A stretch of 51,075 nucleotides of DNA from a virus. Taxonomy: Duplodnaviria > Heunggongvirae > Uroviricota > Caudoviricetes. Positions 1 through 8,508 of this stretch are shown here, in pieces. Position 1 is the first letter of the stretch. Each line of letters starts with the position of its first letter. The notes beneath the pieces were generated by a model. That model was not told where the DNA came from. It was given only the letters and a program-made list of their open reading frames with translations, and did not search any database. Where the stretch lies: positions 1 through 51,075 of the IMG/VR virus record IMGVR_UViG_2872698443_000004. One strand, 5' to 3'. A program made the translations under genes and the position numbers.

Positions 1-192
1 TCAGGAGCATTTCTGATTAACACCACCGTTAAGAATCCACCCCTCAACAGCTTCACGAAGGTATGATTTGGGGTGGGTTCTGACTGGCTTCGGAAATCCG
101 TGCCGTTTGGTATAGTTCCAGATTGTCTGACGTGATGAAACACCGAGCTTGTTCATCACTTCTTTCTCAGGAATCAGGCTGGTATCGGTCAT
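1..192 (-). CDS. AlpA-family excisionase / DNA-binding regulator (Xis-like)
   Basis: Complete 63-aa ORF with stop at 1-3; small basic HTH-like protein at distal end of leftward early operon, where int-xis sit in lambdoid prophages; int presumably left of window. Confidence 0.55.
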   Translation of the reverse strand: MTDTSLIPEKEVMNKLGVSSRQTIWNYTKRHGFPKPVRTHPKSYLREAVEGWILNGGVNQKCS

Positions 193-205
193 CTTAATTC
201 TCCAG

Positions 206-231
206 GCAAAAATAAACCGCCATCAGGCGGC
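206..231 (-). terminator. Putative rho-independent terminator (minus strand)
   Basis: Hairpin CCGCC-ATCA-GGCGG followed on minus strand by U-tract (plus A-run 206-216). Confidence 0.35.
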
Positions 232-273
232 TTGGTGTTCTTTCAGTTCTTCAATTCGAATATTGGTTACGTC

Positions 274-585
274 TTATTCGATGCGCAATCCTGGTATTTC
301 GCCTTTTGATATTGCTAAGTCATAAATTTGCGCAGCACTATACCCATCTCGCATCCATGAATCTAAGGCGCGAACAGTCTCGCTACGCTTTTTATCTTCT
401 CTCTCATTTTTGATATCAACGAGGACATCAACGCAATTAAGGCAAATGTGGATTTTGTCCTTACATTCAATCATGGCGGCTTTACCATAATTTCCGCCAC
501 ACAGTGAGCATAAATCTTCAGGGTCTGGCTGGTATTTCTGTAACGTTAGAGGGTTGAATGTTGAACAGACCATAATCATCTCCAT
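274..585 (-). CDS. Hypothetical phage protein with two CxxC pairs (Zn-ribbon-like)
   Basis: 103-aa ORF; CSLCGG and CLNCV motifs; in leftward early operon. Confidence 0.5.
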   Translation of the reverse strand: MEMIMVCSTFNPLTLQKYQPDPEDLCSLCGGNYGKAAMIECKDKIHICLNCVDVLVDIKNEREDKKRSETVRALDSWMRDGYSAAQIYDLAISKGEIPGLRIE

Positions 586-666
586 AAAACAAAACTCGCC
601 GTAGCGAGTTAAGATAAAAGAAAACCTCGACGGTGCGAGGTTTGTTAGTTGCGCTCTGCTGCTGAT

Positions 667-948
667 TTAGCCATCAATATTTACCTTTATCGCGAACACC
701 TTTACCGGTTTATCACCGAAGTGCGGATGTGTGATTGTCTTGATTTCATATCCGTCATACGGGACGTCAATTCTACGACTGGAATCGTCACGCTTCGGAT
801 ATCCCTTTGTGATAATCAGTCGGTCATACTCGCGGAACATAATTCGCTTATTCCAGTAGTCATTACACAGGCGATACTCTTCCGTTTTCTCCCCGCGAAT
901 CATGGCATCGAAGTATTCACCTTTGACGGCAAGTTGCAGGTTAGCCAC
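667..948 (-). CDS. Hypothetical phage protein (possibly ASCH-like)
   Basis: 93-aa ORF, 8-nt overlap with upstream gene; family assignment from weak recalled resemblance only. Confidence 0.4.
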   Translation of the reverse strand: MANLQLAVKGEYFDAMIRGEKTEEYRLCNDYWNKRIMFREYDRLIITKGYPKRDDSSRRIDVPYDGYEIKTITHPHFGDKPVKVFAIKVNIDG

Positions 949-1225
949 GACCTTCCTCCTTTGGCTTGTGAATTTGTATCGTCATGCCGCTTTGAGTGGT
1001 GACTACAATGACAGAACCAGGCTGAAGGCTGTTAAGATTGAATGCTTCGTAAAACGAATCCAATGCCAGTGCTTTTTTATTCTTTCTGTTCCACCAACGC
1101 CATCCCTTGCTACAGGCTACACTGACAATCCACTGTCCACTCCTGTAAGCCATATAAAACCAGATGAGCAAAACCTGAAGGAAGGCAATCCAGTCAATAA
1201 TCGTATATTTCGCGAAGGAGTCCAT
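941..1225 (-). CDS. Hypothetical small membrane protein
   Basis: ATG at 1223-1225 overlaps TAA of upstream gene (TAATG coupling); hydrophobic segment IDWIAFLQVLLIWFYMAY; ORF-track start at 1300 is an upstream extension. Confidence 0.4.
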   Translation of the reverse strand: MDSFAKYTIIDWIAFLQVLLIWFYMAYRSGQWIVSVACSKGWRWWNRKNKKALALDSFYEAFNLNSLQPGSVIVVTTQSGMTIQIHKPKEEGRG

Positions 1226-1866
1226 TACTTCATCTCCTGCGGCGGTTCTGGTAGCGGCATCCAGTGTGACGGTTTCCACGACGCCCCAGGAATGATCCAC
1301 CCATCATTAGCGTCAGGATGCCCCGGGATGTAAGTCGCCCATTTCATTCGCCAGTCACCTTTCCTATCAAACTCCTTGGCAACAAGAACGGCTGTTTTGG
1401 TATCCGGCATTCGCTCACTACAGCTTATCCAACTATCCGGAGTTACCGGAGAGTTGCCAGATAGCTCGTTCAACTTGTAAGTTTGGCTTACAGGTTCGGC
1501 ACCATGAAGCATGGCAGCACGGCAGGCGTTCCAGCCAGCTGTTCGCCCAAGCGAGTAAACTTCAGATGGCTCAAGATAATCAATGTCATGCCCGTCCTCA
1601 TCGTCGTTCTCAGGTAATGCAGCAGGTACTACTGGTACTGGAGGGGCGGCATAAACAGGAATAACGTCCGATTGATCTTTATTGCTTTCATCCGTTAAAG
1701 CCCAGAATAATTTCCCGGCCGGATGTTTGAAAATATAAGCAACTGGCTCTGCTTCCAGTGATGCCAGTGCAATTCGTGCCAGTTCCATTTGTTCGCCACG
1801 GGTAAGCCCGTTTTCAAGCGGGGATTTAATGAACAATTCGATACGTTCTTTAGTGATAGTGCTCAT
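1225..1866 (-). CDS. Phage protein, DUF551-like C-terminal domain
   Basis: Start trimmed to ATG 1864-1866 preceded by AGGAGA; C-terminal W/P-rich segment resembles DUF551 (recalled). Confidence 0.5.
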   Translation of the reverse strand: MSTITKERIELFIKSPLENGLTRGEQMELARIALASLEAEPVAYIFKHPAGKLFWALTDESNKDQSDVIPVYAAPPVPVVPAALPENDDEDGHDIDYLEPSEVYSLGRTAGWNACRAAMLHGAEPVSQTYKLNELSGNSPVTPDSWISCSERMPDTKTAVLVAKEFDRKGDWRMKWATYIPGHPDANDGWIIPGASWKPSHWMPLPEPPQEMK

Positions 1867-1867
1867 A

Positions 1868-2407
1868 TCACTCTCCTTTGATGCGAATACCAGCAGTGCG
1901 CTCGGCTTCACTTTGTTCCCAAAACCACTTGTGAAGCTCCATAAGCTTTTCGTCAATCGGTGCATATTTGCGATTAAAGTAGGCCTGAGCATCTTTCTCA
2001 GATTCGTCCGGCAATTCGCCTGGGCCAAACAGTGTGTTATAAATCCATGCCAGTCCGCTTTTAGCGTCGCCAGTTGCCTGCCATTCGATAATCGCAGCCT
2101 GCATGACCAGAATGTTTTTCCCGATTAACAGGTCCAGTTCTTTGAACCGGTTGCGGATGTATGCATTCTCGCTTTGTAATTTTGCGTTGCGCTTCTCTGC
2201 GGCTTCCAGCTCATCCAGCAGTTCCAGCACGGTTTCTGGTCCGGCCAGAAATTTGAAGGCGTTGAGCGCATCAATATCCACACCGTAATCTTTAAGTTCC
2301 TGTTCGCTTATCAGATCATCATCAACTGGCAACATTAACAGGCGTTCCATTGCCGGAATTGCACGCTCTGCCGCTTCACGCAGTGCCTGATAGTCAATCT
2401 TGCTCAC
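1868..2407 (-). CDS. Hypothetical phage early protein
   Basis: GTG start at 2405-2407 with strong AAAGGAGG SD 6 nt upstream; ORF-track start 2428 is also GTG. Confidence 0.5.
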   Translation of the reverse strand: MSKIDYQALREAAERAIPAMERLLMLPVDDDLISEQELKDYGVDIDALNAFKFLAGPETVLELLDELEAAEKRNAKLQSENAYIRNRFKELDLLIGKNILVMQAAIIEWQATGDAKSGLAWIYNTLFGPGELPDESEKDAQAYFNRKYAPIDEKLMELHKWFWEQSEAERTAGIRIKGE

Positions 2408-2604
2408 TGGTTGCCTCCTTTGCGCCACATCGCATTCAGATATCTGTTGTCGTTAACAGAACCGAAACTCTTTCTCTTAAGCAATTCCTCTCTCGATGGC
2501 ATTGGCTTTACGCGTTGGCGAATAATCATTTCTGCCGGAAGAATGCCGGGATTGTATGCAAGTCCTCTCATGGTAAATTCCTCAGTCATTACTGATAGCG
2601 CCAT
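2404..2604 (-). CDS. Hypothetical small protein
   Basis: Track ORF begins with TTG at 2724 and overlaps neighbour; first ATG at 2602-2604; weak SD. Confidence 0.3.
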   Translation of the reverse strand: MALSVMTEEFTMRGLAYNPGILPAEMIIRQRVKPMPSREELLKRKSFGSVNDNRYLNAMWRKGGNQ

Positions 2605-2878
2605 AGCGTGAGCGGTAATTACGCAGGCGCGGGTCGATATATTCAGGGAAGTGGGTATATGTGGCTTTGCGGAATGGTCGGATTGATGTCTGGTAAATTC
2701 GCTCGCGTTCTTCTTTCTCTGCAAGCCATATACAGTGGCGAAATTCCTTTTCCTCTTTCGTTTCCTGCGGTAGCGACATTATCCGGTCGTAGTTTTTTCT
2801 GAATTTATCCAGCACCTCCGATACGGAATTGCCGGAACAGCGGCGCACGTCATCCGCACCATACAGAGGCGCTGGCAT
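2582..2878 (-). CDS. Hypothetical phage protein
   Basis: 98-aa ORF, ATG preceded by AGGAGAAA SD. Confidence 0.5.
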   Translation of the reverse strand: MPAPLYGADDVRRCSGNSVSEVLDKFRKNYDRIMSLPQETKEEKEFRHCIWLAEKEERERIYQTSIRPFRKATYTHFPEYIDPRLRNYRSRYGAISND

Positions 2879-2891
2879 GATTTTCTCCTGA

Positions 2892-3407
2892 TTAAATTGC
2901 GTGAATAGCGTGACGAGGGAAGGGGAGAGTTACTGGTGCAAAGGGTATATCGTCGTCAAAATCCATAGGTGGTTCGCTATGATTCCCCTGCTGCTGAGGT
3001 TGCTGTCTTTGTTGCTGACCGTTATTTCGCTGAGGTGAAGACTGTTCATTGCCTCCTTGCTTGCCACCAAGCATTTGCATAGTTCCACCAACGCCCACGA
3101 TGACTTCAGTAGTGAACCGATCCTGTCCGCTTTGATCCTGCCATTTTCTTGTCCGCAATTTGCCTTCAAGATAAACCTCAGAGCCTTTTCGCAGATATTC
3201 GCTGGCAATTTCTGCCAGTTTCCCGCTCATTACCACGCGGTGCCACTCCGTCTGCTCCTTTTGCTCTCCAGTTTGCTTATCACGCCATTGTTCTGACGTA
3301 GCAACTGTAAGGTTTGCAAATGCCGTTCCTGATGGTGAATATCTGATTTCTGGATCATGCCCAAGGCGACCAATAATGATCACCTTATTTACGCCTCTAC
3401 TTCCCAT
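2892..3407 (-). CDS. ssb: Single-stranded DNA-binding protein with 15-aa C-terminal extension
   Basis: OB-fold N-terminus ([16 protein letters not shown]), Gly/Gln-rich linker, acidic [10 protein letters not shown] motif; ORF continues 15 codons past the usual terminal Phe. Confidence 0.85.
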   Translation of the reverse strand: MGSRGVNKVIIIGRLGHDPEIRYSPSGTAFANLTVATSEQWRDKQTGEQKEQTEWHRVVMSGKLAEIASEYLRKGSEVYLEGKLRTRKWQDQSGQDRFTTEVIVGVGGTMQMLGGKQGGNEQSSPQRNNGQQQRQQPQQQGNHSEPPMDFDDDIPFAPVTLPFPRHAIHAI

Positions 3408-4115
3408 TTATGCCGCCTGTTTTAGTTCGTTAACTCTGATGTTCATTACCTGAACGCATTTAGCCTGCGCCTCCTCGTTGCCAGCCATTAATTGCCAGTC
3501 ACGCTGATAACGCTCGATGAGTTTTTTCTTGTCAGTTTCTGTTGACGCATAATCGCTGAAGTCTTTCAGGATTTGTTCGCAGTCAACCGATGGAGATTTC
3601 TGGTTGGTATTTTCTGGTGATGGTTTGTTATCTGATGCTGGGATTGCCCAGCCCGGCAGCGATGGAGGGAGCCAGTAAAATCCTGTTCCATCCTTCAGTT
3701 TTGCCCTGTGCCACCCCTGCTTTTTATCGGGAGATGTTTGTGCGAAACCTTCCTCAAGGTTATACAGATACCGACCGATTCCCCACTGAACGGCAGCGCG
3801 CTTCATTGCACCGGAACGACCACCTTTGACGGCTTCTACCTGCGTGTTTTCAGCAGCATCCCATTTGGTTACCCATTCGGAATCAATCTTTATTGATATG
3901 CCGCATTCAACGCCGCCGTTGTTGGGAATATCGCGGTATTCATTGCGCCATCCTGCTTTGCCACAAACATCGTCAAGGCGTTTCATGATTGCCCGGTTCG
4001 TGACATAAGCCAGCACCATAGCCCACACTTTTCCATCGCGTGTTTTACCGCTTTGCTGTATTCGCCATTCGATATCTTCGGGGCTGAATGGCTCATCGAA
4101 TTTATTCAAATCCAT
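3408..4115 (-). CDS. Rad52-like single-strand annealing (recombination) protein
   Basis: 235 aa; GIGRYLY-type motif; directly upstream of ssb in leftward operon; GAGGTG SD. Confidence 0.6.
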   Translation of the reverse strand: MDLNKFDEPFSPEDIEWRIQQSGKTRDGKVWAMVLAYVTNRAIMKRLDDVCGKAGWRNEYRDIPNNGGVECGISIKIDSEWVTKWDAAENTQVEAVKGGRSGAMKRAAVQWGIGRYLYNLEEGFAQTSPDKKQGWHRAKLKDGTGFYWLPPSLPGWAIPASDNKPSPENTNQKSPSVDCEQILKDFSDYASTETDKKKLIERYQRDWQLMAGNEEAQAKCVQVMNIRVNELKQAA

Positions 4116-4123
4116 AATTCACC

Positions 4124-4294
4124 TCAGAATGGACATGGCCCAAGGAAATAACGCTGATTTAATACTTCAGTCTTTGCCGCATTTAAAAATACGCGAACAC
4201 CTTCACGATCTCCCTTCTGGCGATACATTAACGCCTGCTGCGTGTACATGCGTCTCTGTAACTTGCTCTCCTTCACTGTGGTTGCAAGTGACAT
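4124..4294 (-). CDS. Small hypothetical protein (56 aa)
   Basis: ATG preceded by strong AAGGAGATATTC SD; overlaps 4203..4373 in another frame, so only one may be real. Confidence 0.3.
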   Translation of the reverse strand: MSLATTVKESKLQRRMYTQQALMYRQKGDREGVRVFLNAAKTEVLNQRYFLGPCPF

Positions 4295-4373
4295 GAATAT
4301 CTCCTTCGTTACCGATTAATTCTTTCATCTGACGAATGAATTCTTCGTCTGACCAGTTATCTGTAAAACTCAT
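4203..4373 (-). CDS. Small acidic hypothetical protein (56 aa)
   Basis: ATG overlaps kil stop (ATGA coupling); acidic N-terminus MSFTDNWSDEEF. Confidence 0.3.
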   Translation of the reverse strand: MSFTDNWSDEEFIRQMKELIGNEGDIHVTCNHSEGEQVTETHVHAAGVNVSPEGRS

Positions 4374-4522
4374 TTCCTGCGATACCACGGAAGGTTGATA
4401 GCTGATTTCATCGCTTTATTTGCTTCAATCCACATTTTTGAATCACCAATAAATCTGGCTATTACTGCTTTGTTCTGTGCTGCACGAAGCATCTGGTGAT
4501 TGATGGCTATTTCATTGCGCAT
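4370..4522 (-). CDS. kil: Kil-like host division inhibitor (50 aa)
   Basis: MRNEIAINHQ...IARFIGDSKMW resembles recalled lambda Kil core; GAGG SD; start overlaps end of cIII as in lambda. Confidence 0.5.
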   Translation of the reverse strand: MRNEIAINHQMLRAAQNKAVIARFIGDSKMWIEANKAMKSAINLPWYRRK

Positions 4523-4638
4523 AATAAGACCTCAACTCTTTTCCATCCGTCACGTAATTTACGGGTGATTCGTTCAAGTAAAGATTCATTTAGTTGGAAG
4601 GCACCCATGCGAGCGCCTCCCGCGATTGCGTAAATCAT
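4507..4638 (-). CDS. cIII: CIII-like protease inhibitor (43 aa)
   Basis: MIYAIAGG...ESLLERITRKLRDGWKR matches lambda CIII core; AAGGA SD. Confidence 0.65.
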   Translation of the reverse strand: MIYAIAGGARMGAFQLNESLLERITRKLRDGWKRVEVLLCAMK

Positions 4639-4662
4639 GGGTGGTTCCTTATGTTGGTTTTA

Positions 4663-5631
4663 TTAGTAGGTTATTTTTGTTGCGAATACTTCGCCTTTTA
4701 CGATGGCTGTTATGATATTTTTAGCAACATCTTCTGATGCGCCAACCTTGATAAGGTCAGCAAGTATTTTGTTATTTACTTCTTTCCGGTGAGCTTTATC
4801 CTTTGCTCTACGCTCTTCTTCGTCCTTGATTCTTTTTTCTTCTGCTATTCTGGCTTGCTCTTTTGCTTCAGCTTCGCGCCGGATTCGTTCAGCCTCCTCC
4901 TGTGCTTTTCGGCGTTCTGCTTCAATTGCCGCCTGCTTTTCTCTTTCAGCTCGTTCTGCTGCCTCTTTTGCTTCGCGCTGTGCTCGTTGCTCGGCTTCAA
5001 TGCGTTCACGCTCTGCACGTTCCGCTGCGGCCTTAGCTTCTGCTTCTCGCCTTGCTGCTGCTTCAATTTCGGCTTTTGCCTTTGCTTCGGCTTCAGCTCT
5101 GGCTTTCTCTTCAGCTTCTCTTTTTAAGCGTTCTTCATGCTCTCGCTTTTCCTGCTCCGCTTTGAGTCTTGCCTCTTCTCTTTGGCGGTCAAATTCGCGA
5201 TCCATCAAAATCGCTATTTCATGGTCAGACTCAATTTGCTTTGCGAGAGCTTCAGCTGCTGCCTTAGCTTCTTCTTCGGCTTTAATTCGCGCCTGTTCTT
5301 CCTCATAATCAGTAAGAGGCTGGCGCGCCTTGGCTTTCAGTTCATCAAGGCGATCACGCACTGTCTTGCGGTTGGCATCAATTAGCTTTGGAATTTCCTT
5401 CAGTTCAGCAACAAGGTCTTTGCCAAGACCATCGAGATATGTTTTCGTCTGCGCAACTTTATACGCCAGAGAAGCGATCTCCTTTCTGCCCTTTGCCGTT
5501 GTGATATCAGGCACAAAGGACATAACTTCACGTTCAACCTTTTGGAGAATTTCTTCAATCTGGTCAGCAGACTGAAATACAATCATTGCATTTGCTTTTT
5601 CAATAACAACTAAATCTGTTACTTCACTCAT
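4663..5631 (-). CDS. Hypothetical coiled-coil protein with long E/A/K/R-rich repeat region
   Basis: 322 aa; GGAGGA SD; central ~150 aa of AEAKAKAE/REAEEK-type repeats; first gene after tL1-like terminator. Confidence 0.6.
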   Translation of the reverse strand: MSEVTDLVVIEKANAMIVFQSADQIEEILQKVEREVMSFVPDITTAKGRKEIASLAYKVAQTKTYLDGLGKDLVAELKEIPKLIDANRKTVRDRLDELKAKARQPLTDYEEEQARIKAEEEAKAAAEALAKQIESDHEIAILMDREFDRQREEARLKAEQEKREHEERLKREAEEKARAEAEAKAKAEIEAAARREAEAKAAAERAERERIEAEQRAQREAKEAAERAEREKQAAIEAERRKAQEEAERIRREAEAKEQARIAEEKRIKDEEERRAKDKAHRKEVNNKILADLIKVGASEDVAKNIITAIVKGEVFATKITY

Positions 5632-5643
5632 ATATCCTCCATC

Positions 5644-5669
5644 AAAAAAATGCCCTCACACTGGAGGGC
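5644..5669 (-). terminator. Rho-independent terminator (tL1-like)
   Basis: Hairpin GCCCTC-ACACTG-GAGGGC with 7-nt U-tract on minus strand. Confidence 0.5.
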
Positions 5670-5762
5670 AAAGAAGATTTCCAATAATCAGAACAAGTCG
5701 GCTCCTGTTTAGTTACGAGCGACATTGCTCACATAGCAGACTCGTAAATCTGCTATAGGCGC

Positions 5763-5921
5763 TTATTCGCATCGCATGACAACATCAAATTTTTCGAGAT
5801 TACTTTGTCGCAACAATCCTTCTTCTACTCGGTCAGCTTTTCTATAATTATCAAATTCGAAGTGTTTAATTACTTCTTTTGTTTCTCGCTCTATAACTTC
5901 AACGATGTATCTCTTATTCAT
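5763..5921 (-). CDS. Small hypothetical protein (52 aa)
   Basis: ATG overlaps TAA of upstream gene (TAATG); not in ORF track (<60 aa). Confidence 0.35.
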   Translation of the reverse strand: MNKRYIVEVIERETKEVIKHFEFDNYRKADRVEEGLLRQSNLEKFDVVMRCE

Positions 5922-6190
5922 TACTCATCACCTAGGGCTTTTTTGATAGCTTCGCGAGCCTTATTAACAGCTCCATACCATTCTGGATATGTTGTCGTTG
6001 TTCTATTTTCGGCTTGCTTAAGTAATAACTGAAGTGCTTCAAGTAAATCCGGTGCAGCCATAGCCAACCTTCCATTTGCTACGGCCTCTTCTGTTTCTTT
6101 ACCGGATAGGGCCATTCCAGGGTGTGAAAATAAAATTAAGCCTGCAAAATTGGCTTCTCGCCAATTTTTCCTAGTACCTTTAAATTCCAT
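5921..6190 (-). CDS. Hypothetical protein
   Basis: 89 aa, AGAGG SD. Confidence 0.45.
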   Translation of the reverse strand: MEFKGTRKNWREANFAGLILFSHPGMALSGKETEEAVANGRLAMAAPDLLEALQLLLKQAENRTTTTYPEWYGAVNKAREAIKKALGDE

Positions 6191-6227
6191 GTTAGCCTCT
6201 GTTGTTTATGCCAAAAATAAAGGCCGA

Positions 6228-6412
6228 CTATGCGGCCTCGGAAGGAAGTCCAATCATCTTATTCAAATCTTCTACCCGTAAAGCAGGAAGTGCTGTACTT
6301 GCTTTATCTGCTTCTTTTGGTAGCAATTCTTTGCTTTCAGGCCAAACTTCAATAAGTCGCTTAACTGTTGTGACTGAGTTCAAAGCAGCCCATACATTTG
6401 ATTCGATATCCT
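6228..6412 (-). pseudogene. C-terminal part of early-left gene split by IS1
   Basis: Reading frame of the 7181..7628 fragment continues across the IS1 target duplication into this segment, ending at TAG 6228-6230. Confidence 0.5.
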
Positions 6413-6427
6413 GGTAATGACTCCAAC

Positions 6428-6931
6428 TTATTGATAGTGTTTTATGTTCAGATAATGCCCGATGACTTTGTCATGCAGCTCCACCGATTTTGAGAACGAC
6501 AGCGACTTCCGTCCCAGCCGTGCCAGGTGCTGCCTCAGATTCAGGTTATGCCGCTCAATTCGCTGCGTATATCGCTTGCTGATTACGTGCAGCTTTCCCT
6601 TCAGGCGGGATTCATACAGCGGCCAGCCATCCGTCATCCATATCACCACGTCAAAGGGTGACAGCAGGCTCATAAGACGCCCCAGCGTCGCCATAGTGCG
6701 TTCACCGAATACGTGCGCAACAACCGTCTTCCGGAGCCTGTCATACGCGTAAAACAGCCAGCGCTGGCGCGATTTAGCCCCGACATAGCCCCACTGTTCG
6801 TCCATTTCCGCGCAGACGATGACGTCACTGCCCGGCTGTATGCGCGAGGTTACCGACTGCGGCCTGAGTTTTTTAAGTGACGTAAAATCGTGTTGAGGCC
6901 AACGCCCATAATGCGGGCAGTTGCCCGGCAT
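6428..6931 (-). CDS. insB: IS1 transposase InsB
   Basis: 167-aa ORF inside IS1. Confidence 0.9.
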
Positions 6932-7125
6932 CCAACGCCATTCATGGCCATATCAATGATTTTCTGGTGCGTACCGGGTTGAGAAGCGGTGTAAGTGAAC
7001 TGCAGTTGCCATGTTTTACGGCAGTGAGAGCAGAGATAGCGCTGATGTCCGGCGGTGCTTTTGCCGTTACGCACCACCCCGTCAGTAGCTGAACAGGAGG
7101 GACAGCTGATAGAAACAGAAGCCAC
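6850..7125 (-). CDS. insA: IS1 protein InsA
   Basis: 91-aa ORF with CPSC...CSHC zinc motif inside IS1. Confidence 0.9.
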
Positions 7126-7180
7126 TGGAGCACCTCAAAAACACCATCATACACTAAATCAGTAAGTTGGCAGCATTACC

Positions 7181-7628
7181 CGATATCCTTTTTCTTGGCT
7201 TCAAGTTTTTGTTGCAATGCGCAGATTTCATCAAACCTTTTTGTTATTTCGTGTTCTGCGCTAAACATGCATTTATCTTCGTTCGGAGCAGGGAGCAATA
7301 TATCTTCGCCGTTGCCGTCTTTCCCATATGAAAGCCATCCAACCCTTCTGCCAGATACAGTCAGATAAATTGAAGTAGAACGAACATCGTATGAGTAAAA
7401 TGAACATCCCATCTTTTCAAGTTCTTCACTTATAGCTACCAACTTGGATGATAACTGATCCACTTCCTCAGTTTTCTTTTTACCGCCAAACGCAATAACT
7501 CTGGCGTCAAGTGCAAGCTGGTTCTTTAACTTTGTTACTTCTTCAAGTTCAGTGAAAACCCCAGACTTAATTAAAGCGTTACGAGCGATTTCCTCTTTCA
7601 TTCTCGTAGTTAAGCGGATTGATGACAT
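7181..7628 (-). pseudogene. N-terminal part of early-left gene interrupted by IS1
   Basis: Likely start ATG 7626-7628 with GAGG SD; frame runs into IS1 where a stop at 7176-7178 truncates it. Confidence 0.5.
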
Positions 7629-7693
7629 ATTAATTCCTCTCAAATAAGTGCTTTGCTGCCAAAACAATGAACCATCCGGAAATTCCAGATAGT

Positions 7694-7921
7694 TCATAAT
7701 TCACTCTTCAATACTTCCAACTTACTAATCGCCGATAGATATCCGCGCTGATAGGGCATCATCATTCCTTCGAGCTTGCCACTTCTTAACTCCTCCCTGA
7801 GCAATTGTATTGCTTGATCAATAACCTCTGCCTTAGCGTCCTTTATGGCTTGCTTGCGGGGCTTTGCTTTCTGCTTTGGCAGATTTCTCAAGCATGATGG
7901 AATGTATGTCTGATTCATCAC
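7694..7921 (-). CDS. Hypothetical protein downstream of N
   Basis: 75-aa ORF, GTG immediately after N stop, ATG one codon later. Confidence 0.4.
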   Translation of the reverse strand: MMNQTYIPSCLRNLPKQKAKPRKQAIKDAKAEVIDQAIQLLREELRSGKLEGMMMPYQRGYLSAISKLEVLKSEL

Positions 7922-8194
7922 TTACCTCGCCGTCAGTTGTTTTGATTTCCGGTATCCTGCCGCGTAAATGGCTACGTTTGGCAGGCAAATACTTCCACTG
8001 CATTCTTCTGCCTTCTTGCAGCGAAGGCTTCCGAGCGATGCTGCTTTGTCTGCTCTGACGCAACCAGAGAGCTTTAGCGCAATTTTTCGCGCCAGTGCTT
8101 CATTACTGCGTCGCTCGGCAATAAGTTCTGCTCTGCGAGCTTTGTAGCGGCTTTTTGCCGTACCTTTGGATTCTTTCCAGACAATGGTTACCAT
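7922..8194 (-). CDS. N: N-like transcription antitermination protein
   Basis: Arginine-rich N-terminus (GTAKSRYKARRAELIAERR); first gene downstream of pL and nutL; AAGGAG SD. Confidence 0.7.
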   Translation of the reverse strand: MVTIVWKESKGTAKSRYKARRAELIAERRSNEALARKIALKLSGCVRADKAASLGSLRCKKAEECSGSICLPNVAIYAAGYRKSKQLTAR

Positions 8195-8304
8195 GATGGT
8201 CTCCTTTAAGTGGCTTTGGCGCATGACGCGTCGAGGTGCTTATCTTCTCGATCGCTGTCTTGCAGCTGCAATTCGCGCCATCCCCAAAACCACTCAAGTT
8301 CTGG

Positions 8305-8345
8305 TCTCAACGGTTAGGTTGAGAGTCCGTCGATGTTAAAGAGCA
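8305..8345 (-). promoter_or_regulatory. nutL (boxB hairpin 8305-8324, boxA 8334-8344)
   Basis: Minus-strand GCTCTTTAACA then hairpin UCUCAAC-CUAACC-GUUGAGA between pL and N; boxA identical to nutR. Confidence 0.6.
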
Positions 8346-8391
8346 TGCCAATCTGTTCCGTTTGGCTTCCAGCGTCCTGCTGATGGCTTAA

Positions 8392-8419
8392 ATTTAAGAC
8401 TTCTTAATTTATTGGTCAA
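8392..8419 (-). promoter_or_regulatory. pL promoter with OL operator
   Basis: Minus-strand -35 TTGACC (8414-8419), 16-nt spacer, -10 TTAAAT (8392-8397); palindrome TTAAGACTTCTTAA at 8394-8407. Confidence 0.5.
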
Positions 8420-8483
8420 GTGTATTTTTGAAGAAAACTTAATTTTATGGGCGTGAATTTAGTTTGTCTTTGATTTTTAACGG

Positions 8484-8508
8484 GAAATAAAAAAGGGGCG
8501 AAAGCCCC
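8484..8508 (-). terminator. Rho-independent terminator after cI
   Basis: GGGGC-GAAA-GCCCC hairpin right after cI stop, U-tract on minus strand. Confidence 0.6.

Larger units (their letters stand above)
6413..7180 (-). mobile_element. IS1 insertion sequence, complete 768 bp
   Basis: Terminal inverted repeats GGTAATGACTCCAACTTATTGATAGTG / ...CAGTAAGTTGGCAGCATTACC; insA and insB ORFs; flanked by 9-bp direct repeat CGATATCCT (6404-6412 and 7181-7189). Confidence 0.95.

Noticed and set aside
1867-2028. N-terminal extension of the DUF551-like ORF to 2028
   Set aside because: It overlaps the upstream gene for 160 nt; the internal ATG at 1864-1866 has an SD and gives coupled, non-overlapping genes.
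4789-5385. Plus-strand ORFs (4789..5127, 4826..5308, 5137..5385) antisense to the coiled-coil gene
   Set aside because: They are low-complexity Ser/Ala/Cys/Phe-rich translations of the repeat region on the opposite strand, with no ribosome-binding sites.
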